Assembly (NCBI GenBank): GCA_947475205.1
Contig: CANJNG010000002.1
Location: 8,526-72,525 of the forward strand
Length of the DNA: 64,000 nt
Reading direction: 5' to 3'
Source: Bacteroidota bacterium
Lineage (GTDB): Bacteria > Bacteroidota > Bacteroidia > JAIBAJ01
In this document: piece by piece, positions 1 through 9,517 of the stretch
Layout of the letters: each line of letters starts with the position of its first letter
Position numbering within the stretch: position 1 is the first letter of the stretch
Made by a program: the position numbers and the translations under genes
The notes under the pieces: generated by a model
The model's database searches: none
What the model saw: the letters and a program-made list of their open reading frames with translations, nothing else
What the model was told of the DNA's origin: nothing

Positions 1-1327
1 GGTCAAATTGTGCTACATCTGCAAAATCATGATTGAATGGCACGCCGTGGTCGGTCCAAGCTGGTTTCACTTCAATATAATTTGCCCACGTTTTAGTATT
101 TGAACCAGCACTGTTGGTGGTGGTTAATGAAACTGTGTGTGAACCATAGTTAGGAAAGGTAAATGTTGGATTTTCGAGGATAGATGTTGAAGGAGTAGCA
201 CCCGGAACTTCCCAAAGCCAACTTGTAACGGCTGCACGATTTGATTGATCATGAAACTTAATCTGGTCTCCGGCACAAGCAACAGTACGTTCAGCAAAAA
301 AATCTGAAAGGGGAGCACATACAACCTCAACTTCTGGATGAGCTGTTCCGGTTAGTTCCAAGTTTGCAGGTTGCCAAAGATTGTTTCTACCCGAAACAGA
401 CGAATTTATGGCTGCTGTCATTAACTCGCACTGACCGATTGTAAAGTTTTTGTTACAAAACGAATACTCCATAAAGTTTTGAATATTTTCTACAATTATA
501 CCCGCGGTATCACAAAAAGTAGGATGTGCCAAATCGCAAGTAGTCCAACCTGGGCTAAGTGGCGTATCTGAAACTCCATCATCACCGCAAATATGCAAAT
601 TAAAGTCTCCATCACCCCAAACGTGCGAAAGGTTTAAATAGTGGCCAATTTCGTGAGTAATAGTTCTTGAAGTGTAAGGGCTACTTGTTCCAATGCTTCC
701 AACATAAGTGTGCAAAGCAATAATTCCATCTTTAGTTGAGAATACCCCTGAAGTATTAACCGATGCTGGTTTGTATGCATAAGCAGAAGCCCCGGCAATC
801 ATATTATTTGCCACCCAAATGTTAAGATAACGGCTACGCTCCCAAGGATTAAGTTTAGTGTCATCCCCGGCAATGTTAGTTTTGTAAGAATAAATATGCT
901 CAATACCGTTGGTGCAATTACCTTGTGGGTCTTTGGTAGCTAAGCGAAATTGTATGTTTGCTTTACCGATAAGGTTTTGAAATTCTGGAACTACATCTAC
1001 TAAATCGGCATTAGCAGCCATAAAATCTTCATTGATTATTCGCATTACATCATGAATTTGAGAGTCATCAATATTTTCTGAACCATTATCGTGGATTATA
1101 TGAAACACCATCGGAATTATATAAGGTGCAGGGTCGGCCTTGGCTTTGCCATTCTTAATAAAGTCCTTTGTAAACTGTTCCAACTCCAATCGGCTAGCCT
1201 CAGCGTTTGGGTTTAATAACTTTGCGGCATTATCCATTTCTGAACTTATGCAGGGTTTTGCAGTTTCTTGACCAAAGCCGAAAAGAGGAGCTAAGGCAAT
1301 GAAAGCGGGAAGTAAAACTTTCTTCAT
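1..1327 (-). CDS. M43 (pappalysin/ulilysin-like) zinc metallopeptidase with PKD domain; runs off window start
   Basis: Not in ORF track. Hand translation from ATG at 1327: signal peptide MKKVLLPAFIALAPLFGFGQ, IPMVFHIIH, zinc motif HEIGHYLNLSH, Met-turn NFMEYS, PKD-like SWLWEVPG...TVSLTTTNSAGS. Confidence 0.88.
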   Translation of the reverse strand, partial: MKKVLLPAFIALAPLFGFGQETAKPCISSEMDNAAKLLNPNAEASRLELEQFTKDFIKNGKAKADPAPYIIPMVFHIIHDNGSENIDDSQIHDVMRIINEDFMAANADLVDVVPEFQNLIGKANIQFRLATKDPQGNCTNGIEHIYSYKTNIAGDDTKLNPWERSRYLNIWVANNMIAGASAYAYKPASVNTSGVFSTKDGIIALHTYVGSIGTSSPYTSRTITHEIGHYLNLSHVWGDGDFNLHICGDDGVSDTPLSPGWTTCDLAHPTFCDTAGIIVENIQNFMEYSFCNKNFTIGQCELMTAAINSSVSGRNNLWQPANLELTGTAHPEVEVVCAPLSDFFAERTVACAGDQIKFHDQSNRAAVTSWLWEVPGATPSTSILENPTFTFPNYGSHTVSLTTTNSAGSNTKTWANYIEVKPAWTDHGVPFNHDFADVAQFD

Positions 1328-1348
1328 TTCTGTTTTTTTTAAAGAGGG

Positions 1349-1356
1349 CAAATATA
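1349..1356 (-). promoter_or_regulatory. Bacteroidota -7 promoter element TATATTTG
   Basis: Exact TAnnTTTG match ~20 nt upstream of the peptidase ATG. Confidence 0.6.
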
Positions 1357-1490
1357 TTACAGCTAATTAATATAATGTCCAAAAACTTTTTACTAAAATT
1401 TTCCTAAATCCACAGTTCATCCGAGGCCAAAATTGACCATTTGGCTGCAAGGATGTCAATAAAATCAATACTTTCGCTCAGCAAAAATTT

Positions 1491-2498
1491 ATGAAAAAAC
1501 CATTTCAAATTGCAGGAATCACTACCCTAACAATAGTGTTTTTGTTCGTCATAGTGCTTGTTTATCTCCCCCAAAACTATTCGATGAAGCGAAGCATAGT
1601 GATTAAAGCCAAAGTTTCAGACATTTTGCCCCAGTTAAACAATCTTCATAATTGGAACAATAACTGGAGTCCTTGGGTGAAAGCCGATTCAACATTGAAA
1701 ATTAGCTATTCGAAGCCGGAATGCGGAAAAGGGGCAACAATGCAATGGACAGGCAAGCAAATGGGGAAAGGTGAAATAGCAATTACACATAGTAATACCG
1801 ATAGCATAGCCTACACTTTGCATTTTACGGATTTTGATAGTTACTCTAAAGCTGTATTTATTCTTACGGAAAACGAAGAGGGAACAAAGCTGGAATGGAT
1901 AAATAGTGGAAACCTGTCGTTTTTTCTACGATGGATGCAGCCATTGATGGAAAAAATTACGGCTAGGGATTATGAAACAGGCTTAGTGAATATTAAAAGC
2001 TATGTAGAAAGCCATAAGTCGAAGGAAGTTAGCACTGAAATGAAAATTGAAACCTCTCAAAGCACGGTGAAGCAAGCTCTATTAATAAAGGTAAGGTGCA
2101 ATAAGAAAGAAATCGGCAAAAAGTTAGCAGAATCTTACAACAAGATTTTGGCTGAAATGCGGGTTCAGGAATTAACTATAGTGGGTTGGCCATTTGCAAT
2201 TTATTATCAATATGAAAATGATTTATATGAATTTGAAGCAGGGCTGGCCGTGAATAAAAAAGGAATTTGTAAAACCGGGGTGCAATACAGAGAATTTCGC
2301 ATTCAACCAGTTGTTCAAACCTTATATCATGGCTCTTATGATAGCACGGGCATTGCTCACACGGCTATCAAGAAATGGCTTCTTCAACACAATAAAAAAG
2401 TGTCGAATTCGGCATGGGAGTTTTATGTAAACGACCCAGAAACGGTTAAAAACCCCGCCGAATATCAAACTTTAGTGGTTTACCCGATGGAGAAATAA
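1491..2498 (+). CDS. SRPBCC/polyketide-cyclase plus GyrI-like effector-binding domain protein
   Basis: N-terminal TM, WSPW..D SRPBCC motif, C-terminal YHGSYD...WEFYVNDP GyrI-like motif. Confidence 0.8.
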   Translation: MKKPFQIAGITTLTIVFLFVIVLVYLPQNYSMKRSIVIKAKVSDILPQLNNLHNWNNNWSPWVKADSTLKISYSKPECGKGATMQWTGKQMGKGEIAITHSNTDSIAYTLHFTDFDSYSKAVFILTENEEGTKLEWINSGNLSFFLRWMQPLMEKITARDYETGLVNIKSYVESHKSKEVSTEMKIETSQSTVKQALLIKVRCNKKEIGKKLAESYNKILAEMRVQELTIVGWPFAIYYQYENDLYEFEAGLAVNKKGICKTGVQYREFRIQPVVQTLYHGSYDSTGIAHTAIKKWLLQHNKKVSNSAWEFYVNDPETVKNPAEYQTLVVYPMEK

Positions 2499-2607
2499 GC
2501 TATACTAATAACCTATTCAGGTTAATTTCCAATCGTTTACCCTCCAGGTGTGGCGGTTTGCGTTTTTTAACACCCAATTTTCGACTTGCTGCCTTTTCTT
2601 TGCTGTA

Positions 2608-4143
2608 ATGAATTCAAAAAATCCATTTCGAACTCTCAAATACGATTTGCCGGCCTCGCTCGTAGTGGCTTTGGTGGCTTTACCGCTTTGTTTAGGAATT
2701 GCCTTAGCCTCGGGAGCAAGCCTTTTTTCAGGGCTACTTTCGGGCATAATCGGTGGGGTTATAGTTGGGGCCATAAGCGGTTCGCACATAAGTGTATCAG
2801 GCCCAGCGGCAGGTTTAACCGTGATAGTGCTTACCGCCATTACTACTTTAGGTTCATTTCCGGCTTTTCTTTTGGCAGTTGTGTTGGCAGGAGCAATTCA
2901 AATAATTTTAGGATTGATAAAAGCAGGAGCAATAGGTAACTTCTTTCCAACCACAGTTATTAAAGGAATGTTGGCTGCAATTGGCGTAATTCTGATAATG
3001 AAGCAAATTCCTCACGCTGTGGGTTACGATGCCGATGTGGAGGGTGATGAGAATTTTGAGCAACCCGATGGACATAACACCCTAAGCGAAATGCTTTACA
3101 GTTTGGATAATTTCTCTGTAGAAATAATCGTGATTAGTTTGATATCATTGGCTATTCTCTTGCTTTTCGATACCAAGAAAATCAAAGAAAGCGTCTTAGC
3201 AAATATTCCTGCTTCATTAGTAGTTGTGCTTGCAGGAATGGGTTTGTCGTTCTTTTTTGAAACCTGCGTTCCACAATGGTCATTACAGCCCGAACACTTG
3301 GTGAGTTTGCCTAAATCGTCAAACCCTTTGGATTTTTTCAACCATCTTTCCTTTCCTGATTTTTCTCAAATACAAAACAAAGCAGTTTGGGTTACAGCTT
3401 TTACGTTAGCTATTGTGGCATCCCTCGAAACCCTTCTCAGCATTGAAGCAGCAGACAAATTAGACCCTTTTCGCCGTTCTTCGCCCCAAAACAGGGAGTT
3501 GCTTGCACAGGGTGTTGGCAATATGGTTTCAGGTTTAGTAGGTGGACTACCCGTTACGGCAGTTATTGTGCGTACATCAGCCAATGTGGCTGCGGGAGGA
3601 ATAACTAAACTCTCCGCTATCTTTCACGGATTTATTATTTTGCTGAGTGTGGTTTTCATTCCCAGTGTATTGAATCTCATTCCGCTTTCTTCCTTAGCCG
3701 TTATTTTGATAATGGTGGGGTATAAACTTACTAAACCTACTATTTTCAAGGATATGTATAAGTTGGGATGGGCTCAGTTTGTTCCCTTTATCGTTACTAT
3801 TTTGGCCATAGTTTTTACCGATATGCTTCGGGGAATTGCTGTTGGAATGCTGGTTTCTGTGTTTTTTATTCTGAAATCAAACTTCCGGCGAGCGATTTTA
3901 GTAACGCAGGACGGCAACAACTTCCTCATTAAGTTTGTGAAAGATGTTACATTCCTTAATAAATCATACCTCCGCACCGAACTAAACAAACTTCCGAATG
4001 GTGCTAATGTGATTATTGACACAAGCCGCCCCGTTTTTGTAGATCACGATATTGAAGATTTGGTGGAAGAGTTTACCATTACGGCCCGCAACAAGGAAAT
4101 CAATCTCGAATTTAAGAAAAAGAAAGAGGATTTTAACTTTTAA
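2608..4143 (+). CDS. SulP family anion (probably bicarbonate) transporter with short STAS domain
   Basis: DLPASLVVALVALPLCLGIA, SGPAAGL, NRELLAQGVGN motifs; ATG at 2608 preferred over GTG at 2548; adjacent carbonic anhydrase. Confidence 0.9.
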   Translation: MNSKNPFRTLKYDLPASLVVALVALPLCLGIALASGASLFSGLLSGIIGGVIVGAISGSHISVSGPAAGLTVIVLTAITTLGSFPAFLLAVVLAGAIQIILGLIKAGAIGNFFPTTVIKGMLAAIGVILIMKQIPHAVGYDADVEGDENFEQPDGHNTLSEMLYSLDNFSVEIIVISLISLAILLLFDTKKIKESVLANIPASLVVVLAGMGLSFFFETCVPQWSLQPEHLVSLPKSSNPLDFFNHLSFPDFSQIQNKAVWVTAFTLAIVASLETLLSIEAADKLDPFRRSSPQNRELLAQGVGNMVSGLVGGLPVTAVIVRTSANVAAGGITKLSAIFHGFIILLSVVFIPSVLNLIPLSSLAVILIMVGYKLTKPTIFKDMYKLGWAQFVPFIVTILAIVFTDMLRGIAVGMLVSVFFILKSNFRRAILVTQDGNNFLIKFVKDVTFLNKSYLRTELNKLPNGANVIIDTSRPVFVDHDIEDLVEEFTITARNKEINLEFKKKKEDFNF

Positions 4144-4155
4144 ATCACACTCATT

Positions 4156-4785
4156 ATGAAATCATCAGACCGTTTATTGCTCGAAAACAAAGCCTGGGCA
4201 CAAGAAAAACTATTCATCGACAAGGATTTTTTCCGCCGGATGTCGAAAGACCAAACCCCGGAATTTCTTTGGATTGGTTGCTCCGATTCACGTGTGCCGG
4301 CCAATGAGATAACCAATACCGACCCCGGCGAAATATTTGTGCAGCGAAACATTGCCAACTTGGTAGTGAATACCGATTTAAACCTACTAAGCGTGTTGCA
4401 ATACGCCGTAGAGGAATTAAAAGTAAAGCACATTATTGTTTGCGGTCATTACGGCTGCGGTGGCGTAAAAGCTGCCATGACCAAAAAAAGTTTCGGGATG
4501 CTCAATAAATGGTTGCATAATATTAAGGATATATATCGAATTCATAAAACCGAACTCGATGGTTTATCGGTATTTGAAGAACGCTTCGACCGCCTTGTTG
4601 AACTGAGTATCAGGGAGCAGGTGTTTAATCTAGCTAAAACCTATATTGTTCAAAATGCATGGAAACACCACCAACGCCCAACCTTACACGGCTGGGTGTA
4701 TGATATGAAAGACGGCATTTTGAATGAATTGTGCCAGATGAAACACGACGACCCAGTGGACGAAATATTTAGATATGATTTTTGA
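4156..4785 (+). CDS. can: beta-class carbonic anhydrase
   Basis: GCSDSRVP, RNIAN, GHYGCGGV zinc motifs. Confidence 0.95.
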   Translation: MKSSDRLLLENKAWAQEKLFIDKDFFRRMSKDQTPEFLWIGCSDSRVPANEITNTDPGEIFVQRNIANLVVNTDLNLLSVLQYAVEELKVKHIIVCGHYGCGGVKAAMTKKSFGMLNKWLHNIKDIYRIHKTELDGLSVFEERFDRLVELSIREQVFNLAKTYIVQNAWKHHQRPTLHGWVYDMKDGILNELCQMKHDDPVDEIFRYDF

Positions 4786-4807
4786 GTTAGTCAAAGAAAA
4801 TTGCTCC

Positions 4808-5881
4808 CTACTTCTCCTCACAACTAACTAAGTTATTTGAAACCAGTAAATCAAGCACTTCATTTGCATAAATTTTATGTGCTTTTGCATTGGGATGTTT
4901 TGGGTCAAATGGTTCGCAGTTATACCCCGGGGCATCAATATCAACAGAGGATAATTGAGTTAATGCACCCCTAGGCTTTAATAATTGAAAGACTGAGTCG
5001 CATTGTTTATCTAAGCCATAAAAAATTATTTGTATTCTGTTTTTTCTACAATATTCTATAACAGCATATAAGCATTGCATAACTGTTTTGTTATATTGAC
5101 TTTTATGAATTTGTAAATCAAAATTATCATAAGCAGTGTTTGCTAAATTTACTATTGCAGACTTATCACGAAATGGCCAGTCTTCAACCCAATCTTCCCA
5201 TTTTAGATAATCAATAATTAAGCTATCATTACTTGCAAGTTTAGCATAAGGATAGTTCAACGTAAATACTCTATTTTTCAGACTCTTCTTCAGCCCCCAT
5301 TTGAAGCTGTTTAACCAACCTCTATCTAAAACTGTTCTCACATCTAAAAATGTTGAATAATTCATTATGGCTATTGATGGCTTATTTCCTCTCTCAACAT
5401 CTTGTTTGAGTGATAAATACATTTGCACAAGACTATATCCCGGAACACCACGGTTACAAATTTGATAACTGGGAAGCATCTTTTGTAACAAAAACGGGTA
5501 ATTAGAGGTATCGGAAACAGACTGCCCGAATGTATTAGAACACCCATAAATAAAAATTTTATTTTGCTGATTATTTCCTTCCGTAGGTTTATGGAGGTCT
5601 TCGTTTCTATTTATAACTCTATTACCATTAGCATCAACGTTGCAACTGAAAAACAAGCTATCACCAGAATAAAAATCAAATTTCCCTGTACCCAATTTCC
5701 AACCAAATATACTGTCTTTAATGAAAAAAGAAGCAGGCTTAATTACAGGCAAATATTTCTCGTTTCCATAATAGGCTGGTTGTCGACCAGATAGCTTCAA
5801 GCATATTTCAATGACTAAAATCATTAAAAAAGAAATGACTATCACTACCCCAATGTTTTTTTTCATGGTTTTTCTTTGCAA
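4808..5881 (-). CDS. membrane-anchored SGNH/GDSL-like hydrolase
   Basis: N-terminal TM, GCSNTFG (GDS-like block I), NRGVPGYS, HPNAKAH; AT-rich. Confidence 0.75.
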   Translation of the reverse strand: MQRKTMKKNIGVVIVISFLMILVIEICLKLSGRQPAYYGNEKYLPVIKPASFFIKDSIFGWKLGTGKFDFYSGDSLFFSCNVDANGNRVINRNEDLHKPTEGNNQQNKIFIYGCSNTFGQSVSDTSNYPFLLQKMLPSYQICNRGVPGYSLVQMYLSLKQDVERGNKPSIAIMNYSTFLDVRTVLDRGWLNSFKWGLKKSLKNRVFTLNYPYAKLASNDSLIIDYLKWEDWVEDWPFRDKSAIVNLANTAYDNFDLQIHKSQYNKTVMQCLYAVIEYCRKNRIQIIFYGLDKQCDSVFQLLKPRGALTQLSSVDIDAPGYNCEPFDPKHPNAKAHKIYANEVLDLLVSNNLVSCEEK

Positions 5882-6178
5882 CTAAAGAAGTGGCTCCTTG
5901 TTTTGGGATATATAGTTTTCTAATTTTTTGTTACCAAGAGCTTACTTAGGTAGGTTAAACGTAATGCACTAAACACTCCTCAAAAGTAATTATACTATTG
6001 GGATAAACACCTGAAATATGTTTTTTGAGTTGGCCGAAGAAAAGTATTTTTCGGATGCGGGTTAAATTTGACAAATAGTAGAATTAGCCTACACAATTCC
6101 TCACAATTTCATAACCCTTTCTTAACCTACAGTTTTGGGTTCACGCCGTCCTTTGCAAATTCAAAGGAGTAAAAATCG

Positions 6179-6412
6179 GTGTCAATAAACAAAGCAATTA
6201 CAAATGAAATAGTAAGGCAAGGCACTTCCATTCCGAAACTTAGCCGGCAGTTGAATATGAATCAGGCTGTATTGAGGCGATTTATAGCTAATTCGCAAAA
6301 ACAAGCCGACTTGCTATTGAAACTTTCAAAAGCCCTTAACCACAACTTTATGGAAGATTTGGCTAAGCAAATAGTGATTGAACCAAAAGCCGAACAAAAC
6401 CAACCCAAATAG
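6179..6412 (+). CDS. small putative helix-turn-helix protein
   Basis: 77 aa; SIPKLSRQLNMNQAVLRR and LLLKLSKALNHNF resemble Xre-like HTH; directly upstream of the HAD gene. Confidence 0.5.
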   Translation: MSINKAITNEIVRQGTSIPKLSRQLNMNQAVLRRFIANSQKQADLLLKLSKALNHNFMEDLAKQIVIEPKAEQNQPK

Positions 6413-6439
6413 AATTATAGCCCCAAACAATCTTAACAA

Positions 6440-7132
6440 ATGAGCAAAATAAAATTAGTAGTATTTGATATGGCCGGAACTACGGTGAAGGACAACGACG
6501 ATGTTCACAACGCTCTTATTTCGGCCATGAAACAGTTTGGCTACCCTGTTAGCAGAGGCGAGGCAAACGATGTAATGGGTTATCCGAAACCCGATGCTAT
6601 AAGATCATTGCTGGAAAATGTTGAACCCGACCACGACATAATCAGCACGGGGTATATCAACAAAATTCATAAGGTTTTTGTGGAAGAAATGATACACTTC
6701 TACAAAACCAGTCCTGAATTTGGCGGTACACCCAATGCGGAGGAAACGTTTTCAAAACTTAAAGAAAAGGGCATTATGATTGGTTTAGATACAGGCTTTT
6801 CTAAAGATATTACCGACGTAATAGTAGAAAGACTGGGCTGGCTAAAGGAGGGAAAAATAGATTTTGTGGTAGCTAGCGATGAGGTAAAAGCCGGACGGCC
6901 TCATCCTTATATGATTCAGGAATTGATGCGAAAAGCCGGAGTAGAAAGCTCTGACCAAGTGGCTAAGGTGGGCGACACAGTGGCCGATTTGCAGGAAGGC
7001 ACGAATGCTAAAACAAAATTCGTTATCGGTATCGCATCGGGAGCATATACCCGTGCTGAATTGGAGGTTAGCCCACATACACAAATCATTGGTAATTTGC
7101 TTGAGGTGGTGGAGATTGTTAGTAGTAAGTAA
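6440..7132 (+). CDS. phosphonatase-like HAD hydrolase (TIGR03351-like)
   Basis: FDMAGTT motif I, DTGF, GRPHPYMI, KVGDTVADLQEG. Confidence 0.85.
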   Translation: MSKIKLVVFDMAGTTVKDNDDVHNALISAMKQFGYPVSRGEANDVMGYPKPDAIRSLLENVEPDHDIISTGYINKIHKVFVEEMIHFYKTSPEFGGTPNAEETFSKLKEKGIMIGLDTGFSKDITDVIVERLGWLKEGKIDFVVASDEVKAGRPHPYMIQELMRKAGVESSDQVAKVGDTVADLQEGTNAKTKFVIGIASGAYTRAELEVSPHTQIIGNLLEVVEIVSSK

Positions 7133-7134
7133 TA

Positions 7135-7197
7135 AGTAGCGGGTATTGAGAATGCCACGCTTCACCAATTTATCTCAATACCCACTACTCAATACTA
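7135..7197. repeat. intergenic heptamer-type inverted repeat
   Basis: AGTAGCGGGTATTGAGA (7135-7151) / TCTCAATACCCACTACT (7173-7189), plus an extra CAATACT. Confidence 0.75.
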
Positions 7198-7203
7198 AGT
7201 AGA

Positions 7204-8472
7204 ATGAAAGCCATTCTCGCCAAGTCGCCCATCGCTTTGTCGGCACTGTATTCCGGGCTGGTGGCATTCTGCTTATATTCCTGTATGTATGCTTTTCGCA
7301 AACCTTTCACAGCGGCATCATTTGAGGGGATAGTTTATTTTGGCTTGGGCTATAAATCCTGGTTAATTATTTCCCAGCTCATAGGCTATACATTCAGTAA
7401 GTTTTACGGCATTAAGTTTATTTCGGGACTTGATACCGGGCGGCGATGGCTTACCATTCTTATGCTTATTCTTTCTTCCTGGCTTTGCTTGGGGCTTTTT
7501 GCCTTAGTGCCTCCCTCTTTGGGAATTCTATGTTTATTTTTAAATGGTGTGCCACTTGGGATGATTTGGGGCTTGGTGTTTAGCTACCTCGAAGGCCGTC
7601 GCACAACAGAATTGGCTGGAGCCTTGCTATGTTCCAGCTTTATATTTTCGTCGGGAATGGTGAAATCGGTTGGCAAGGGACTAATGAATAGCTTTGGGAT
7701 AGGCGAATTTGCAATGCCCTTTGCGGTGGGCTTGGTTTTCTTAATTCCGCTAATTCTCTCTTTAATACTGATTGAACAAATTCCACCTCCTTCTGCACTT
7801 GATGTGCAATTGCGTTCGCAACGCAGCCCAATGAATGCTGTGGATAGAAAGAATTTTCTGCGTCAGTTTCTGCCCGGTTTGGTGCTGCTCGTAATTGCCT
7901 ACTGTATCCTTACCATTCTCCGCGACCTCCGCGACAATTTTGCTGCCGAAGTGTGGAAAGAAAACGGGTTGGGCAATAGTGCTGTCATTTTTACTCAAGC
8001 CGAATTACCCGCTACCTTTATTGTGTTGAGCATAATGGGGGCTTTGATTTTGATAAAAAACAATCTCCTCGCTTTTCGCCTAAACCTCGGCTTGATTATT
8101 TTGGGGATGAGTATTTCCTTAGTTTCATCGTTATTATTTAAAACAGGAACTATTCCCGTTCAAACTTGGATGATACTTCTTGGTGTAGGGCTGTATATGA
8201 GTTATGTGCCATTCAACTGTATTTTGTTCGAGCGACTGATGGCTACTTTCCGAAGTAAAGGCAATAGTGGTTTTGCTATTTATATTGCCGACTCTTTTGG
8301 TTATTTGGGAAGCATGGGCATTTTGGTGGTGAAAGAAACGGGCGGATTCTCTACCTATTGGACAGGATTTCTCACCAATTTAGGTTTGTGGATGTCTATT
8401 CCAGGAATAGTGTGCATACGTTTGGCAGCATTGTATTTTGAAAGGAAACAACGCAGTAGTTACCCAATTTAA
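7204..8472 (+). CDS. DUF5690 MFS-like transporter
   Basis: Multi-TM; YSCMYAFRKPF, SYLEGRR, YIADSFGYLGS; phosphonate-cluster context. Confidence 0.8.
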   Translation: MKAILAKSPIALSALYSGLVAFCLYSCMYAFRKPFTAASFEGIVYFGLGYKSWLIISQLIGYTFSKFYGIKFISGLDTGRRWLTILMLILSSWLCLGLFALVPPSLGILCLFLNGVPLGMIWGLVFSYLEGRRTTELAGALLCSSFIFSSGMVKSVGKGLMNSFGIGEFAMPFAVGLVFLIPLILSLILIEQIPPPSALDVQLRSQRSPMNAVDRKNFLRQFLPGLVLLVIAYCILTILRDLRDNFAAEVWKENGLGNSAVIFTQAELPATFIVLSIMGALILIKNNLLAFRLNLGLIILGMSISLVSSLLFKTGTIPVQTWMILLGVGLYMSYVPFNCILFERLMATFRSKGNSGFAIYIADSFGYLGSMGILVVKETGGFSTYWTGFLTNLGLWMSIPGIVCIRLAALYFERKQRSSYPI

Positions 8473-8486
8473 CTCACATTTATGCA

Positions 8487-9452
8487 ATGAAAGCAGCAGT
8501 TTACACTAATTATGGCCCTCCGGAAGTTGCCCAATTAAAGGAAATTCCTAAACCAATACCCGCTGCCGATGAAGTTCTCGTTAAGGTGTATGCATCTACT
8601 GTAAACCGCACCGATGCAGGATTTCGCAGTGCTGAATATTTCATATCCCGTTTCTGGACAGGGTTATTGAAGCCCAAGCATCCTGTATTGGGGTGTGAAT
8701 TTGCAGGAAAGGTTGTTGAGATTGGGGAAAATGTAACCTCCTTCAAAAAGGGGGATGACGTTTTTGGCTTCAACGATATTACCTGCGGTGGCCATGGAGA
8801 ATTCTTAACCATTGCCGAAACAGATGCCATTACCACTATGCCGATTGGCCTCAACTTTATTGAATCGGCTCCAATTGCGGAGGGGGCTCACTATGCATTA
8901 GGCAATATAAGAGCCTCGAAAATAGAACGCGGACAAAATGCCTTAGTTTATGGTGCTACCGGAGCAATTGGTTCGGCTGCTGTGCAACTCCTCAAACATT
9001 TTGGGGTAAATGTTGTGGCTGTTTCAAATACCAAAAATGTAGCCTTAGTTAAATCATTGGGTGCTGATAGTGTAATTGATTATCAAACTCAGGATTTTAC
9101 CAAAACAGACAAAAAGTTTCAGTTTATTTTCGATGCTGTGGGCAAAAGTTCATTCAATCAGTGCAAGCCATTGCTAACAGAGAAAGGAATTTACATTTCC
9201 ACAGAATTAGGAAAGAATGCCGAGAATATATTTTATGCACTTACTACTCCAATTTTTGGCGGGAAGAAAGTGCTATTTCCAATTCCCAGTATCAATAAAC
9301 AGGACGTAATTTTCCTGAAGGAACTTGTTGAGCGTGGAGAATTTAAGCCCATAATTGACCGGCACTATAAATTGGATCAAATAGTAGAAGCCTATAAATA
9401 TGTTGAAACCGGACAAAAGACAGGCAATGTGGTAATAATAGTGTCTGAATAA
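8487..9452 (+). CDS. NAD(P)-dependent medium-chain (MDR) alcohol dehydrogenase/quinone reductase
   Basis: GroES-like N-terminus, YGATGAIGSAAVQ Rossmann motif, GQKTGNVVI C-terminus. Confidence 0.88.
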   Translation: MKAAVYTNYGPPEVAQLKEIPKPIPAADEVLVKVYASTVNRTDAGFRSAEYFISRFWTGLLKPKHPVLGCEFAGKVVEIGENVTSFKKGDDVFGFNDITCGGHGEFLTIAETDAITTMPIGLNFIESAPIAEGAHYALGNIRASKIERGQNALVYGATGAIGSAAVQLLKHFGVNVVAVSNTKNVALVKSLGADSVIDYQTQDFTKTDKKFQFIFDAVGKSSFNQCKPLLTEKGIYISTELGKNAENIFYALTTPIFGGKKVLFPIPSINKQDVIFLKELVERGEFKPIIDRHYKLDQIVEAYKYVETGQKTGNVVIIVSE

Positions 9453-9465
9453 AAGCCCTTTCAAA

Positions 9466-9514
9466 TCTCATATTCAAAGTCTAACATCTCAAGTCTAATA
9501 TCTAAAATCCAATC
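9466..9514. repeat. degenerate heptamer tandem repeat (TCTAAnA-like, ~7 units)
   Basis: TCTCATA TTCAAAG TCTAACA TCTCAAG TCTAATA TCTAAAA TCCAATC just before ATG 9518. Confidence 0.6.
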
Positions 9515-9517
9515 CCA

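Noticed and set aside
124-330. 68-aa minus-strand ORF and the many other short nested or antisense track ORFs
   Set aside because: They are alternative-frame shadows of well-supported longer genes.
2608-4785. SulP plus carbonic anhydrase as a novel system
   Set aside because: This is a well-known bicarbonate/CO2 module.
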